In this document: positions 29,330 through 39,418 of the stretch, piece after piece
How positions within the stretch are numbered: the stretch's first letter is position 1
Layout of the letters: the number at the start of each line of letters is the position of its first letter
DNA from: an uncultured Candidatus Saccharibacteria bacterium
GTDB taxonomy: Bacteria; Patescibacteriota; Andersenbacteria; UBA10190
Length of the DNA: 64,000 bases
NCBI GenBank assembly: GCA_964372635.1
Contig: CAYJQW010000003.1
Span: forward strand, 2,145 to 66,144
Direction: 5' to 3'
Notes under the pieces: generated by a model
Database searches by the model: none
What the model saw: the letters and a program-made list of their open reading frames with translations, nothing else
What the model was told of the DNA's origin: nothing
Position numbers and translations under genes: made by a program

Positions 29330-30534
29330 AGCCTCGTTTGATGTTTACTTTTGAATGACATCCACTCACTGTGCACGATTTGTTCTATTTCTTGCAAGAA
29401 CTGATCCTCACTGAATCTTTCCGCGTGATGTCGAATATCCGCTGAATTGAATGTTGTGGATTCACTAACTAACATGGCACGCATTAGGGCCCCAGCCGTT
29501 TGTTCAAGGAAAAAGATTCCTGTAATTCCATCAATTACTGTTTCCCGAGCACCGCCAAAGCCATAGGCAATTGTCGGCTTACCAGCCGCCGCCGCTTCGA
29601 GAGGCGTAATACCAAAATCTTCTTCCTGAGGAAACAGTAAGGCACGTGCGTTTTTGTATAGGGCCGGTAATTTTTCGTCGGGTACAAATCCAAGAAATTC
29701 TGTAAATGTTTTCTTTTGCCCACTGAAGAATCGCGCTCGCTCATGAAGCAATTTCTCTTCAGGTCCCGTTCCCACAATTTTAAGAGGACGCTGGAGACGC
29801 TCGCAAGCTTCAATTGCTAGGTCTATGCGTTTATATGGCACAAGACGTGAAACGATCAGATAATAATCCCCACCCGGTGTTACTTTAAACCGATTGACAT
29901 CAACCGGTGGCGGCACAACTTGAGCATCACGCCGATAGTATTTTTGAATGCGCCGCGCGACAAAATTGGAAAGAGTTAGATAGGTAGTAACACGTTGCGA
30001 CGCGTAATAATCCCACAAACGAATATAAGACAACGCGATGGGCGCCAGACGCTGAAACACTGGTGAACGAGAAAATTCACGAATGTAGCGATGACTATCA
30101 TCCCATAAATATCGAGTTGGTGTGAAACAATAGGAAATATGCAATGTCTGCGGGCCACATATTACCCCTTTGCCAAAACTGTGTGTAGCCGAAAATACAA
30201 GATCATATTGGCTAAAATCAAACTGTTCGATCGCCAACGGCATGAGAATAGGAAAGTAACGATGTCTGGCTCTAGCCCCTGGTATGCGTTGCAAAAACGA
30301 TGTCCGAAGCCTTCTGGTATCAAATATTCCTGGTCCACTCGTTCTCGCAAAAGCCATTCTTGGATCAAACACGAGAGTAAATACCGGCGCATGCGGAAAA
30401 AGTTTCATGAGTGCTAATAACACACGCTCGGCACCGCCGAACTGCGTTAAATAGTCATGAACAATTGCCACTCTCATTATTCTCCCCCAATCATATGTGT
30501 CTTCCACTATAGCCGCATCGGTTGCAGCTGTCAC
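29326..30534 (-). CDS. Glycosyltransferase family 4.
   Basis: …MRVAIVHDYLTQFGGAERV… (typical GT4 N-terminal domain; true start may be at about 30477) and a C-terminal EDFGITPLEAAAAGKPTIAYGFGG motif. Confidence 0.7.
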   Translation of the reverse strand: MTAATDAAIVEDTYDWGRIMRVAIVHDYLTQFGGAERVLLALMKLFPHAPVFTLVFDPRMAFARTSGPGIFDTRRLRTSFLQRIPGARARHRYFPILMPLAIEQFDFSQYDLVFSATHSFGKGVICGPQTLHISYCFTPTRYLWDDSHRYIREFSRSPVFQRLAPIALSYIRLWDYYASQRVTTYLTLSNFVARRIQKYYRRDAQVVPPPVDVNRFKVTPGGDYYLIVSRLVPYKRIDLAIEACERLQRPLKIVGTGPEEKLLHERARFFSGQKKTFTEFLGFVPDEKLPALYKNARALLFPQEEDFGITPLEAAAAGKPTIAYGFGGARETVIDGITGIFFLEQTAGALMRAMLVSESTTFNSADIRHHAERFSEDQFLQEIEQIVHSEWMSFKSKHQTRL

Positions 30535-30697
30535 CGGAAGATCAATTCACATGAAAATCACCTTTGATGAAGGAAATTGCTATGCTATATAGATGCTTCG
30601 AGGCGTGTAGTCTTATACTTAGCTTCAGTAGTCTTAAAGTGTTTTGTGCTTGCTATTTTCAAATTGCAATATTCTAACTGATTTTGTTATAACTACC

Positions 30698-32119
30698 TCA
30701 AATTGCATTTTTATCGCGTTTTAAAAGGAGAAATGTCTTGAGCAGTAAAATAATATCGAGCCGCAATGACCACGTTTCTATATACGCCAGGTCAAGACTT
30801 GCCTCCTGGTCAAAGGTTAAACCAGCATTACCATTAACTTGAGCCATGCCTGACATACCAGGCTTAATCGTAAAGAGAGCTTCATGATGTTTACTGTATC
30901 GAGCCACCTCTTGAGGTAAGTGTGGGCGTGGTCCTAAAAGACTCATTTCTCCGCGAAGTACATTTAAAAATTGCGGCAATTCATCGATCCGCCAACGACG
31001 AATAATACGTCCGATCTTGGTAATTCTCGGATCATTTCTCATCTTAAAAAGAGGGCCAGGTCGTTGATTTCTTTCCGCCCGTAATTTTTTTTCATAATGT
31101 TCGGCAACTTTGCCTCCGTAGGCATCCCCAGTACAATATTCAAGTCCCATACTACGAAATTTATACATAGCGAACGACGCCTTGTTTCGACCTAACCTGG
31201 TCTGTTTATAAAGAACTGGTCCAGCTGTGTCTAACTTTATAGCCAAAGCCGTCAGGAGGAGGATTGGGGAAAATAATATAAGCCCGAACATCGCACCAGT
31301 TAAATCAAGAACACGCTTGGCAATTCGTCCCCAACCATCAAGCGGAGTCCGTCCTAATTCAACCACGGGAACCCCGCCAATCTGCCGGTATTTCACATTA
31401 GCCGCATGAGTTTCAAATAGGTTAGGAATGTATTTAAAGTCAATCTTGTATCGTTCCGCAAAATCAAGCAAGAGCAACAAATCATCTTCAGGCATGGTGG
31501 GATCAGTTTGAATTATTTCGTCGATACCCTTGTTACTATAAATCTTTCTAAGCTCTTCCCAGCGCACCAAGTCAGGTGTGCCTACAATCCGATATCCAAG
31601 TTGAGGATTTTTTCTAAAAATATTTGCCAGCTGAGCAGCGTATCGTCCATTGCCAACTAACATTACATTATGAACACCGAAACCTCTGTTGAGCATCGAT
31701 CGCTGTAAGAGACGCACACTATAACGAGCGCTGATTACGAAGATAAGTCCGATGACATAGGCCGACAGCAAGATAAAGCGCGATTGAAATAACTCAGCAC
31801 TCAAAAACATATAGAGAATGACAAGCATTAGACCAATCGTGATTCCGCTGAATATTCGACTCCACTCATCCAAAATACGTCTGGTGACGCGCATAGCGTA
31901 AAGTCCTTGCAACGCAAAAATCACTATTATCACGGCCGAGACGATACTGATAAGTTGGATATATAAAAGGAGTGGCAAATCAAACTGGAATATGGCTGGA
32001 CGAATACCTTGAAAAGTTGGACTTACGCGAATAAAGTAGGAGGCAACACCAGCTGCAAACAATGCCGTAAAATCCAAAGGTACCAAGACAGCACCAAAAA
32101 AGAGCTCAGACCGCTTCAT
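30698..32119 (-). CDS. Polyprenyl-phosphate hexose-1-phosphate transferase (WbaP/CpsE-type priming glycosyltransferase).
   Basis: N-terminal TM bundle followed by the conserved bacterial sugar-transferase domain (RVLDLTGAMFGLILFSPILLLTALAIKLDTAGPVLYKQTRLGRNKASFAMYKFRSM…DELPQF…LLGPRP). Confidence 0.85.
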   Translation of the reverse strand: MKRSELFFGAVLVPLDFTALFAAGVASYFIRVSPTFQGIRPAIFQFDLPLLLYIQLISIVSAVIIVIFALQGLYAMRVTRRILDEWSRIFSGITIGLMLVILYMFLSAELFQSRFILLSAYVIGLIFVISARYSVRLLQRSMLNRGFGVHNVMLVGNGRYAAQLANIFRKNPQLGYRIVGTPDLVRWEELRKIYSNKGIDEIIQTDPTMPEDDLLLLLDFAERYKIDFKYIPNLFETHAANVKYRQIGGVPVVELGRTPLDGWGRIAKRVLDLTGAMFGLILFSPILLLTALAIKLDTAGPVLYKQTRLGRNKASFAMYKFRSMGLEYCTGDAYGGKVAEHYEKKLRAERNQRPGPLFKMRNDPRITKIGRIIRRWRIDELPQFLNVLRGEMSLLGPRPHLPQEVARYSKHHEALFTIKPGMSGMAQVNGNAGLTFDQEASLDLAYIETWSLRLDIILLLKTFLLLKRDKNAI

Positions 32120-32235
32120 AGCAAAGTATTTGAGTGGTAAACAATAATAAATTTCTGCGGCCGTTTGTCAATGTGTCTTGACATCTGCTCACCAGTGTAT
32201 GTCTGCTTATTGGTCGCTCGCAATAGCAGAAATAA

Positions 32236-32264
32236 TTGACATTATACTTAATACTAGGTACAGT
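32236..32264 (+). promoter_or_regulatory. Sigma70-type promoter for rnpB (TTGACA-17 nt-TACAGT).
   Basis: TTGACA at 32236-32241, a 17-nt spacer and TACAGT at 32259-32264, placing the transcription start site about 32271, which coincides with the 5' end of the P1 helix. Confidence 0.5.
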
Positions 32265-32271
32265 AATAAGT

Positions 32272-32783
32272 GCGAAGATGAGTGGATAACTGCCCTATTC
32301 AAACAACGTAGTAATAATGGGGAGGAAAGTCCGGACATCTAACAGGGCTTGCCGAAAATTCAAGCCAGTCAAATGACAGGCAAAAATCGACAGGCTGTTC
32401 TTAAAACAACTGTTATATAGGTGGCAGGTAACGCCTGCCGGGAGTAATCCTAGGGACTCCTTAACGGTTTGCGCTCAGCGCAAGCTTTGGAGCGAAGAGT
32501 GCAACAGAAACAAACCGCTTTGTGTTCACTTCGAAAGGACATGGAGTAAGGGTGAAATCGTGGTATCCGTGTAACGGATAGACACTTTTTAAAAAAGAGA
32601 AGTGAAGTAAGAGACCACGCGGCCTTGTAGTAATACATGGTTGGGGCAAACCCCACCTGATGCAACTCCAAGTGTGTTTAGTAAAACTAAACCAGGTAGG
32701 AGGCATTGAGCTCACGCCGCAAGGCGTAGCCCAGATAGATAGTTATCTTCAACGACAGAATCCGGCTTACAGCTCATCTTCGC
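32272..32783 (+). ncRNA. rnpB: RNase P RNA (bacterial type A).
   Basis: Conserved P4 strands GGAGGAAAGUCCGGAC (32321-32336) and ACAGAAUCCGGCUUA (about 32755-32770), plus the conserved motifs GGCAGGUAACGCCUG, GUGCAACAGAAACAAACCGC and GUAAGGGUGAAAUCGUGG. Also an 11-bp terminal P1 pairing: GCGAAGAUGAG (32272-32282) with CUCAUCUUCGC (32773-32783). Confidence 0.85.
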
Positions 32784-32792
32784 AAATAAAAA

Positions 32793-32816
32793 CCACGGCT
32801 GCGGCTGTGGTTTTTA
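32793..32816 (+). terminator. Rho-independent terminator after rnpB.
   Basis: ccacggcug/cggcugugg hairpin (with G·U pairs, so stable only in the plus-strand RNA) followed by UUUUU at 32811-32815. Confidence 0.55.
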
Positions 32817-32818
32817 CT

Positions 32819-33223
32819 TTAAACATTGAGCTTGTCTAAGGCCTCGTTCACCAGCTTGTCTGCCTCCTTATTTTTTTCCCTTGGCACATGAGAAAATGTT
32901 ACAGAATCAAATTTTTTAATGATCATTTTAACTTGCTCAAATATCAATCGCAGGTTTGCGTCTTTTACACGATAATCGCCATTTAATTGCTTAACCACCA
33001 GTTCACTATCTAAATAACATTTTAGCCAAGAAACTCGCTCAGATCGCGCTCTTACTAATCCATTATGAAGTGCCTGATATTCGGCCTGATTATTAGTTTT
33101 ATCGCCAATGGTCTCGGCATGAGTTAATGTTTTGCCGTCAGCAATATCTAAAACATAACCAATTGCAGCTGGACCAGGATTACCTCGTGATCCCCCGTCA
33201 CTATATAGAGTCGCTTTTTTCAT
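32819..33223 (-). CDS. rnhA: Ribonuclease HI.
   Basis: MKKATLYSDGGSRGNPGPAAIGYVL…NNQAEYQALHNGL…; probable start at the internal Met (33223). Confidence 0.8.
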   Translation of the reverse strand: MKKATLYSDGGSRGNPGPAAIGYVLDIADGKTLTHAETIGDKTNNQAEYQALHNGLVRARSERVSWLKCYLDSELVVKQLNGDYRVKDANLRLIFEQVKMIIKKFDSVTFSHVPREKNKEADKLVNEALDKLNV

Positions 33224-34949
33224 TAATATGCATCGTACCTGCTTTCGATATATCACGCACAATCAACTGCAATCGACGTCGGCCCTGAAATTCATCTTCT
33301 GACAACTCTCCTAATATATCCACAAAACCTGGTTTCATTTCAGTCGGCAGCGATCTCACCAGACCAAACCCGATTCCACCTAAGGCTTCATCGCCATGGC
33401 GAAAAGTAAACTTTGCATGATCTTTCCTAGATCCAACCGGGTGCCATTCTAGTAACTGCATTCCTTTTACAATGAATTTAGGTCGCTCATTACCTTGGCC
33501 AAAAGGGGCGAATGATTCAAGTAGGGTAACTGTATCTCTTGTTAATAAATTTTCACCTACAACGGCATCTGCCTGCTCATGCTCAACGATTTCCTTGTTT
33601 CCTGTGGTGGTCGTCTGAGCTGATAATAGCTGCTCACGAAATTCTTCAACGCGTTTTATGTCTAGGCTAAAGCCAGCAGCCTGCGCATGCCCACCGAACT
33701 TAAGCAAAGATTTTTCACCCGTGCGTAACAGGTCAAGAATATTAATCGATACAGGGCTTCTAGCACTGCCTACAGCCTCTCGACCATTATTACCGACAAC
33801 AATTGCTGGCTTACCAAAACGTTCTGCCAGGCGTCCGGCGGCCAAACCCACAATTCCCGCCGGCCATGATTCATCATAAGCGAATATAAAGGGGTCATCA
33901 TTGACATAAGCCATTGCTTCAGCCACGACCCGTCGAGTTAGAGTTTGACGTTTTGTATTAAGCGATAGCAAGTGTTTTAAAATAGTCTGAGCACGCTCCA
34001 CATCCGACGTGAGTAATAATTCAAGAGCCGGCTGTGGATGATCAAGACGCCCAGCAGCATTTAGGACCGGAATAATGTTAAAGGCAACATCATCAGAAGA
34101 GATTGGCGTACTATATTTATTTTGTGCGGCCAGAAGCATTTGTAAGCCGGGTCGCTGGGTTCGCCTAAGAATTTCTAGGCCAAAGGACACGATGACGCGG
34201 TTCTCGCCTAAAATCGGTACTCGATCGGCTAAGGTGCCAAGCATGGCGAGGTCCAGCAACCATTTTTCGTGATCGGGATCGTCTCTAAATGAAGACCTTT
34301 TGTCCTGAAGTAATGCACTAGCTAGTTTCCAGGCTGTGCCTGCTCCTGATAAATGTGGCCAGGCATATTTGCCGGCCGGGTGAGCAGGATGAACAATCGC
34401 GACTGCCTCTGGCAAAATTTGAGGGCTGGCATGATGATCAACAACGATCACATCTATATCCTGCTCTGCTAACCAGGAAATCTCGGGTCCATTACTAATA
34501 CCACAATCAACAGCTATCAACAGTTTCATTTCAGACACTAAACCCTTTAATGTATCTTTATTTAAACCATAGCCGTGATCTGACCTATGTGGCAAAAATG
34601 GAGTCACGTTTGCACCTAAATCCTGTAAAACTGAGACCAATATAGCTGTGCTCGTGATACCATCTGCATCATAATCACCATGAACTATTATCGAGTCCCC
34701 GTTTTTCACAGCTTGATAAATCCTATCAATCGCAGCGGGCACGTCAGTCAGTGTCTTGGGTTCATGAATATCAAGATCATATTGTGGATTAAAAAAAGAC
34801 TTAGCTGAGGCAATATCAAGTCCTCTTTGTTGAAGTAGTAATTCTTTAATCTCGCTAGTTGTCTTCATGATACGCATCCCTCGTGATGCAACCTGCCATA
34901 CTCGCTTCATAAAGAAAGTATAGCATGTACCAAAAATCGGCTGAATCAT
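33201..34949 (-). CDS. recJ: Single-stranded-DNA-specific exonuclease RecJ (DHH/DHHA1).
   Basis: DHH motifs (VHGDYDADGITSTAIL; IAVDCG; VVDHH) and a C-terminal OB-like region; the true start is probably MRIMKTT… a few codons inside the ORF. Confidence 0.8.
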   Translation of the reverse strand: MIQPIFGTCYTFFMKRVWQVASRGMRIMKTTSEIKELLLQQRGLDIASAKSFFNPQYDLDIHEPKTLTDVPAAIDRIYQAVKNGDSIIVHGDYDADGITSTAILVSVLQDLGANVTPFLPHRSDHGYGLNKDTLKGLVSEMKLLIAVDCGISNGPEISWLAEQDIDVIVVDHHASPQILPEAVAIVHPAHPAGKYAWPHLSGAGTAWKLASALLQDKRSSFRDDPDHEKWLLDLAMLGTLADRVPILGENRVIVSFGLEILRRTQRPGLQMLLAAQNKYSTPISSDDVAFNIIPVLNAAGRLDHPQPALELLLTSDVERAQTILKHLLSLNTKRQTLTRRVVAEAMAYVNDDPFIFAYDESWPAGIVGLAAGRLAERFGKPAIVVGNNGREAVGSARSPVSINILDLLRTGEKSLLKFGGHAQAAGFSLDIKRVEEFREQLLSAQTTTTGNKEIVEHEQADAVVGENLLTRDTVTLLESFAPFGQGNERPKFIVKGMQLLEWHPVGSRKDHAKFTFRHGDEALGGIGFGLVRSLPTEMKPGFVDILGELSEDEFQGRRRLQLIVRDISKAGTMHINEKSDSI

Positions 34950-35049
34950 TCAATTTTCTGCCAAAACTGCTTCTTAAAGATTATCCACATCACGACGCGG
35001 ACGACAGTTTAAAGATCTAATACTCCCCCGCTCAATAAAATATTATGAC

Positions 35050-35484
35050 CTAATTTATACGTGGTCCTTTGGTGTGACGAGCAATGACGTGTGGTTCCTG
35101 CTCAGTGTGACGAGAAAACTTTAAAAGCAAATCAATTATTGATGCATACTGAGAAATAATACTAGAAAGATCTTGCTGTACATTCTCTTGTTGCTGTAAG
35201 ACATAAGACATACGCAACCAATAATCCGTTTCGATGGCGTACAGGCGCGCTTGGGTAAGATGCTTCCTGAATGACAAGGCATCTTCCGCTGCATTCGCTC
35301 TGACAAGTTCTGTTCCGACGGCCATAGCTGTTTTAACAAGTTCAACTTTAATTACATCCCCAGCACGCTCGGGCTTAAAAGTGTCTACCAGGGTGGCTAC
35401 ATCTTGAGTTACCTGAAAAATACGGTCCCATAATTCTGCTTGCCGATGTTCCCATGTTACCTTGTGTCTTTCATCCGTTGACAT
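35050..35484 (-). CDS. Four-helix-bundle protein (the family often found within 23S rRNA intervening sequences).
   Basis: About 145 aa, helical, with the …AIETDYWLRMSYVL… motif characteristic of the TIGR02436-like family; start at MSTDERH (35484). Confidence 0.5.
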   Translation of the reverse strand: MSTDERHKVTWEHRQAELWDRIFQVTQDVATLVDTFKPERAGDVIKVELVKTAMAVGTELVRANAAEDALSFRKHLTQARLYAIETDYWLRMSYVLQQQENVQQDLSSIISQYASIIDLLLKFSRHTEQEPHVIARHTKGPRIN

Positions 35485-35491
35485 ACTAAAA

Positions 35492-36877
35492 TTATACACC
35501 ATTCCTTCCTGGCCTGTTAGTGTAAGCCGCCATAGCAGAAGCTGCCACATTTGTGGCGAGTTCTGTTGATCCTTTTTCCGATCTCGTCTGATTTTTAGCT
35601 AGTAAGTCACGAAACGGTTTAGCGTAGGTTCCGTTGAGAGTTTCCTCAATTAGCAATAAGCGGTTATATTTAGATGTGCGCTCACTTCGCATTGGCGCTC
35701 CTGTCTTAATTTGTCCGGCGCCGACTGCCACCGATAGATCAGCAATAAAATCATCTTCAGTATCTCCGGAACGATGAGAAATAATAATGCGCTGGCCTGA
35801 TTCCTGCGCAAAAAGTATAGCCTTGAATGTTTCAGTTAAGGTGCCTACTTGGTTCGGTTTAATCAAAACAGCATTGGTCGCCCCCTGCTTAATACCTTCA
35901 GCAATACGGGTGGCGTTAGTCGCATATAAATCATCGCCGACGATTTGCATAGTGTGCCCGTTTCGCTCCATTAATCGCCGCCAGTCTGCCCAGGAGTCGT
36001 CTTCAAAAGGATCTTCAATTGAGATCAGAGGATATCTTTCCCGCCATGTCGTATAATGATATGCCAAATCTATTGGCGACAAGGTGGCGCCATCAAGCAA
36101 GTACACGCGGGCAGTAGGCTCAAAGAATTCATTGGCGGCGGCATCGATACCAAGAAATGCATCAACTCCAGGCAGATACCCGGCTCTTTCGATGGCAGCG
36201 ACTAATAATGTGAAGACATCGTCACTCTTATCTATACGAGGTGCAAAGCCACCTTCATCGCCAAGCTCCACAGGAAATCCTGCTTCAGTCAGCAGAACGC
36301 GCAGAGCCGCATGAATTTCAACACACATCCTTAAGCTCTCAGAAAAGCTTGGCGCACCAATGGGAACAACATGATATTCCTGGATTGAAATATTATTACT
36401 GGCATGCTTTCCGCCATTAATAAGATTCATCTGCGGCACTGGCAAGACAAGCTCACGTTTAGGAAAATGCTGCTGTAAGTATAAATACAAAGGTAATCCC
36501 TGAACTTTTGCTTCAGTACGCGCTGCTGCTAAAGAAACTGCCAGAATGGCATTGGCGCCTAAACGAGACTTGTCAGTTGTACCGTCAAGTTCAAGCATCG
36601 TCCGGTCGATTTTTTCTTGATTAGCCGTATCCTTACCGCTCAAGGCAGCATTTATCTCAACATTAACATTCTTAACTGCTGTTAGTACGCCTTTGCCAAG
36701 AAATCGCTTTTGATCATTATCGCGAGATTCATGCGCTTCATGCTCTCCTGTTGAAGCCCCGCTTGGCACCATGGCCCGACCAACGATGCCGCCAGCCACA
36801 TGTACTTCCGCCTGAACGGTCGGATTCCCACGTGAATCAAGTACCTCTCTTGCTCGGATGCGTTCAATCTTGGCCAT
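35492..36877 (-). CDS. eno: Enolase (with a C-terminal extension of about 30 aa).
   Basis: MAKIERIRAREVLDSRGNPTV… and conserved motifs throughout; the C-terminal tail …KNQTRSEKGSTELATNVAASAMAAYTNRPGRNGV extends beyond the usual end. Confidence 0.95.
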   Translation of the reverse strand: MAKIERIRAREVLDSRGNPTVQAEVHVAGGIVGRAMVPSGASTGEHEAHESRDNDQKRFLGKGVLTAVKNVNVEINAALSGKDTANQEKIDRTMLELDGTTDKSRLGANAILAVSLAAARTEAKVQGLPLYLYLQQHFPKRELVLPVPQMNLINGGKHASNNISIQEYHVVPIGAPSFSESLRMCVEIHAALRVLLTEAGFPVELGDEGGFAPRIDKSDDVFTLLVAAIERAGYLPGVDAFLGIDAAANEFFEPTARVYLLDGATLSPIDLAYHYTTWRERYPLISIEDPFEDDSWADWRRLMERNGHTMQIVGDDLYATNATRIAEGIKQGATNAVLIKPNQVGTLTETFKAILFAQESGQRIIISHRSGDTEDDFIADLSVAVGAGQIKTGAPMRSERTSKYNRLLLIEETLNGTYAKPFRDLLAKNQTRSEKGSTELATNVAASAMAAYTNRPGRNGV

Positions 36878-36998
36878 AAGCAAAGTTATCTGAATCTTTA
36901 AACTGCAAGATAGTCATAAGTAAAGCATTTATTCTGTCGTTAAGCCCGCAGGCCAATCATACAATAGGCTCAGAAAATTTAAGGCCATAAAATTAATA

Positions 36999-38189
36999 TT
37001 AGATTGTATCTTTGTTATAAAGCGGCTCAAGTCCGGGCATTCGGGCTCCTTCCAGAAAAGTTACCATGGCGCCCCCACCAACCGAGACATGGTCATATTT
37101 CTCAAGCAATTTTTCACGTTCAATCACAATAACGGTGTCACCGCCGCCAACTACGCGACGGGCTGGTAGTTTTGCAATCTCTCGGACCAGCGTCGTTGTT
37201 GCTAACGCGTACTTTTCGATTTCGAACTTTCCAACCGGACCATTCCACATAATGGTTTGGGCTAACCTACAATGCTCCAAGATTTGGGCAATTGACTTCG
37301 GGCCGATATCCCAAATTCCGGCTTTGACCTGCCCTAACTCATTCGCTGATACTGTCCGGGCATTTTCGCCATTCTCATCGCCAATGACCACATCTACCGG
37401 TAATATTATTTTTTCACCATATTGTTCAAGAAGTGACTGGGCTGCCGTTATCTCATCAACACTGAAATTATGACTCTCTACATGTGCCTGAACTGCCAAA
37501 AAAACGTTAGCTAATTGACCCCCAAGGCACAGCGCATCAACCTGCCCGAGGAGCGTACGCAACAGACCAATTTTAGTTGATATCTTAGCACCGCTAGTTA
37601 TAGCTACATAGGGTCGGACTGGATTATCTCTTAGTTTTTCAAGTTCTCTTACTTCAATAACTGTGCGACGCCCAGCACAAGACGGTAACAGGTGCGGCAA
37701 TGCAGTCACGGAGGCATGGGCACGATGGGACACACTAAAGGCTTCATTGATATAGGCTTCACCAATTGAAGCTAACTCTTCTCCGAGTTTTAGGTTGACT
37801 GACTCTTCGCGATGATCCAGTCTAATATTTGGTAAAAGTAAAACGCTGCCAGACGACATTCCACTAATAATTGATCTGACCCCGTCTCCAAAAAACTGAT
37901 TCGTCTGGGTAACGGATTCACGTAGTAAATATTCAAGGCGCTTCCTAATTGGCGTCATATCAACATCTTCTTTGTTCTCTCTTGGCCTGCCCCGATGAGC
38001 TAATATCAATACCTTGCAACGCCGCTGAACAAGTTCTTCAATGGTCGGTAAAATCATCTCAATCCTAAAATCCTCATTGGCATCAACGACCCCATCCTCA
38101 CCTACGCTAACATTAAGATCTGCCCGCACAATCACGTTCTTACCATCAATCGGGATATCGTCCATAGTTCGTAAGTGCCTCACAGTCAT
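36999..38189 (-). CDS. pgk: Phosphoglycerate kinase.
   Basis: …IDGKNVIVRADLNVS… N-terminal motif and C-terminal GGGDT…GGGA motifs. Start assigned at MTVRHL (approximate); the ORF extends to 38213. Confidence 0.9.
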   Translation of the reverse strand: MTVRHLRTMDDIPIDGKNVIVRADLNVSVGEDGVVDANEDFRIEMILPTIEELVQRRCKVLILAHRGRPRENKEDVDMTPIRKRLEYLLRESVTQTNQFFGDGVRSIISGMSSGSVLLLPNIRLDHREESVNLKLGEELASIGEAYINEAFSVSHRAHASVTALPHLLPSCAGRRTVIEVRELEKLRDNPVRPYVAITSGAKISTKIGLLRTLLGQVDALCLGGQLANVFLAVQAHVESHNFSVDEITAAQSLLEQYGEKIILPVDVVIGDENGENARTVSANELGQVKAGIWDIGPKSIAQILEHCRLAQTIMWNGPVGKFEIEKYALATTTLVREIAKLPARRVVGGGDTVIVIEREKLLEKYDHVSVGGGAMVTFLEGARMPGLEPLYNKDTI

Positions 38190-38326
38190 GATTGTCATGA
38201 TACACGAAATCAATTGTTAAATCCGACGGAGGTGCTTTATGAGTCCCCTTACCTTACCACACTTGAAAGATATTTTGTCTCGGAGTCAGAATCTAGTCTT
38301 ACTGTCAACCAATAGAGACAGATCAA

Positions 38327-39331
38327 TTATTTTTCCCCGCCGGCGAGAGCAATAACTTGTTCAACCAACCGAGTGCTATAACCCCACTCATTATCGTACC
38401 AAGCCATAACTTTCACTAAATTTCCAGCCACTACTCTGGTCATGGCGACATCAACTATGGCTGACCTTGAATCTCCAATAAAGTCACTGGAGACGGCTTC
38501 CTCTTCCGAAATTCCAATGACACCGCTATAAAGTGGGTTTGAGGCCGCCTCACGAAAAGCTTGGTTTATTTCATCAACAGTGACATCCTCTTTGAGTAAG
38601 GCAACAACATCACTTATGGACACTATGGGGGTTGGCACACGCAGCGAAACTCCATCAAATTTATAGGCAAGGGGCGTGTATGCTTTGGTAGCGGCCGTGG
38701 CGGCTCCAGTTGAGGTCGGAATTATATTCTGGGCGGCAGCCCTGCCTTCGCGCCGATCTTTGGCCGGTCCATCGACTAAACTCTGAGACGCAGTGTAGGA
38801 GTGGACTGTTGTTAAGAGAGCCTTCTCCACGCCAAAAACTGTATCTAAAACAGTAACTATCGGGGCTGCGCAATTAGTTGTACACGAAGCATTGGAAATA
38901 ATTTTCTGGCCGGCAATATCTTGATTATTAACACCAAGAACTACCGTCGCGACATCTAAACTCTTGGTCGGTGCCGATATGATGACAAATCGAGCCCCCG
39001 CGGTTAGATGCTTGCCAGCGCCAGTCTTATCAGTAAAAACACCGGTTGATTCGATGACAACATCAATCCCTAGATCCTGCCATGGCAGATTTTCAGGATC
39101 AGCTTCATTTAGAATTTTCATAGTTTTTGCGCCAACTCTTAGATTATTTTTGGTCACCCTGACCTCAGGCTGATAACGACCATAAACTGTGTCGTGCTTG
39201 AGTAGGTAGGCTAAGTTAGCCGGATCACCAAGGTCATTGATAGCGACGACTTCAATATCTTTATGCTCCAGTGCGATCTTAAAAGCAGCGCGACCAATTC
39301 TACCAAAACCATTAATAGCAACTTTAATCAT
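38327..39331 (-). CDS. gap: Glyceraldehyde-3-phosphate dehydrogenase.
   Basis: MIKVAINGFGRIGR…; SNASCTTNCAAP active-site motif. Confidence 0.95.
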   Translation of the reverse strand: MIKVAINGFGRIGRAAFKIALEHKDIEVVAINDLGDPANLAYLLKHDTVYGRYQPEVRVTKNNLRVGAKTMKILNEADPENLPWQDLGIDVVIESTGVFTDKTGAGKHLTAGARFVIISAPTKSLDVATVVLGVNNQDIAGQKIISNASCTTNCAAPIVTVLDTVFGVEKALLTTVHSYTASQSLVDGPAKDRREGRAAAQNIIPTSTGAATAATKAYTPLAYKFDGVSLRVPTPIVSISDVVALLKEDVTVDEINQAFREAASNPLYSGVIGISEEEAVSSDFIGDSRSAIVDVAMTRVVAGNLVKVMAWYDNEWGYSTRLVEQVIALAGGEK

Positions 39332-39418
39332 GGATATTTATCATAGTTAATTCAATGATTTAACGCCCCGCACTTAATAGTACAAGATGAGGTCTCAAAT
39401 CTAATTACATTAGACATA

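Noticed and set aside
32450-32715. Two overlapping minus-strand ORFs (73 and 84 aa) from the track.
   Set aside because: They lie entirely inside the RNase P RNA gene and are antisense to it. They have no RBS, and the region is explained by rnpB.
35492-35550. An apparent overlap of the four-helix-bundle ORF with the eno 3' end.
   Set aside because: Using the internal Met (MSTDERH, 35484) removes the overlap; the longer N-terminus has no support.
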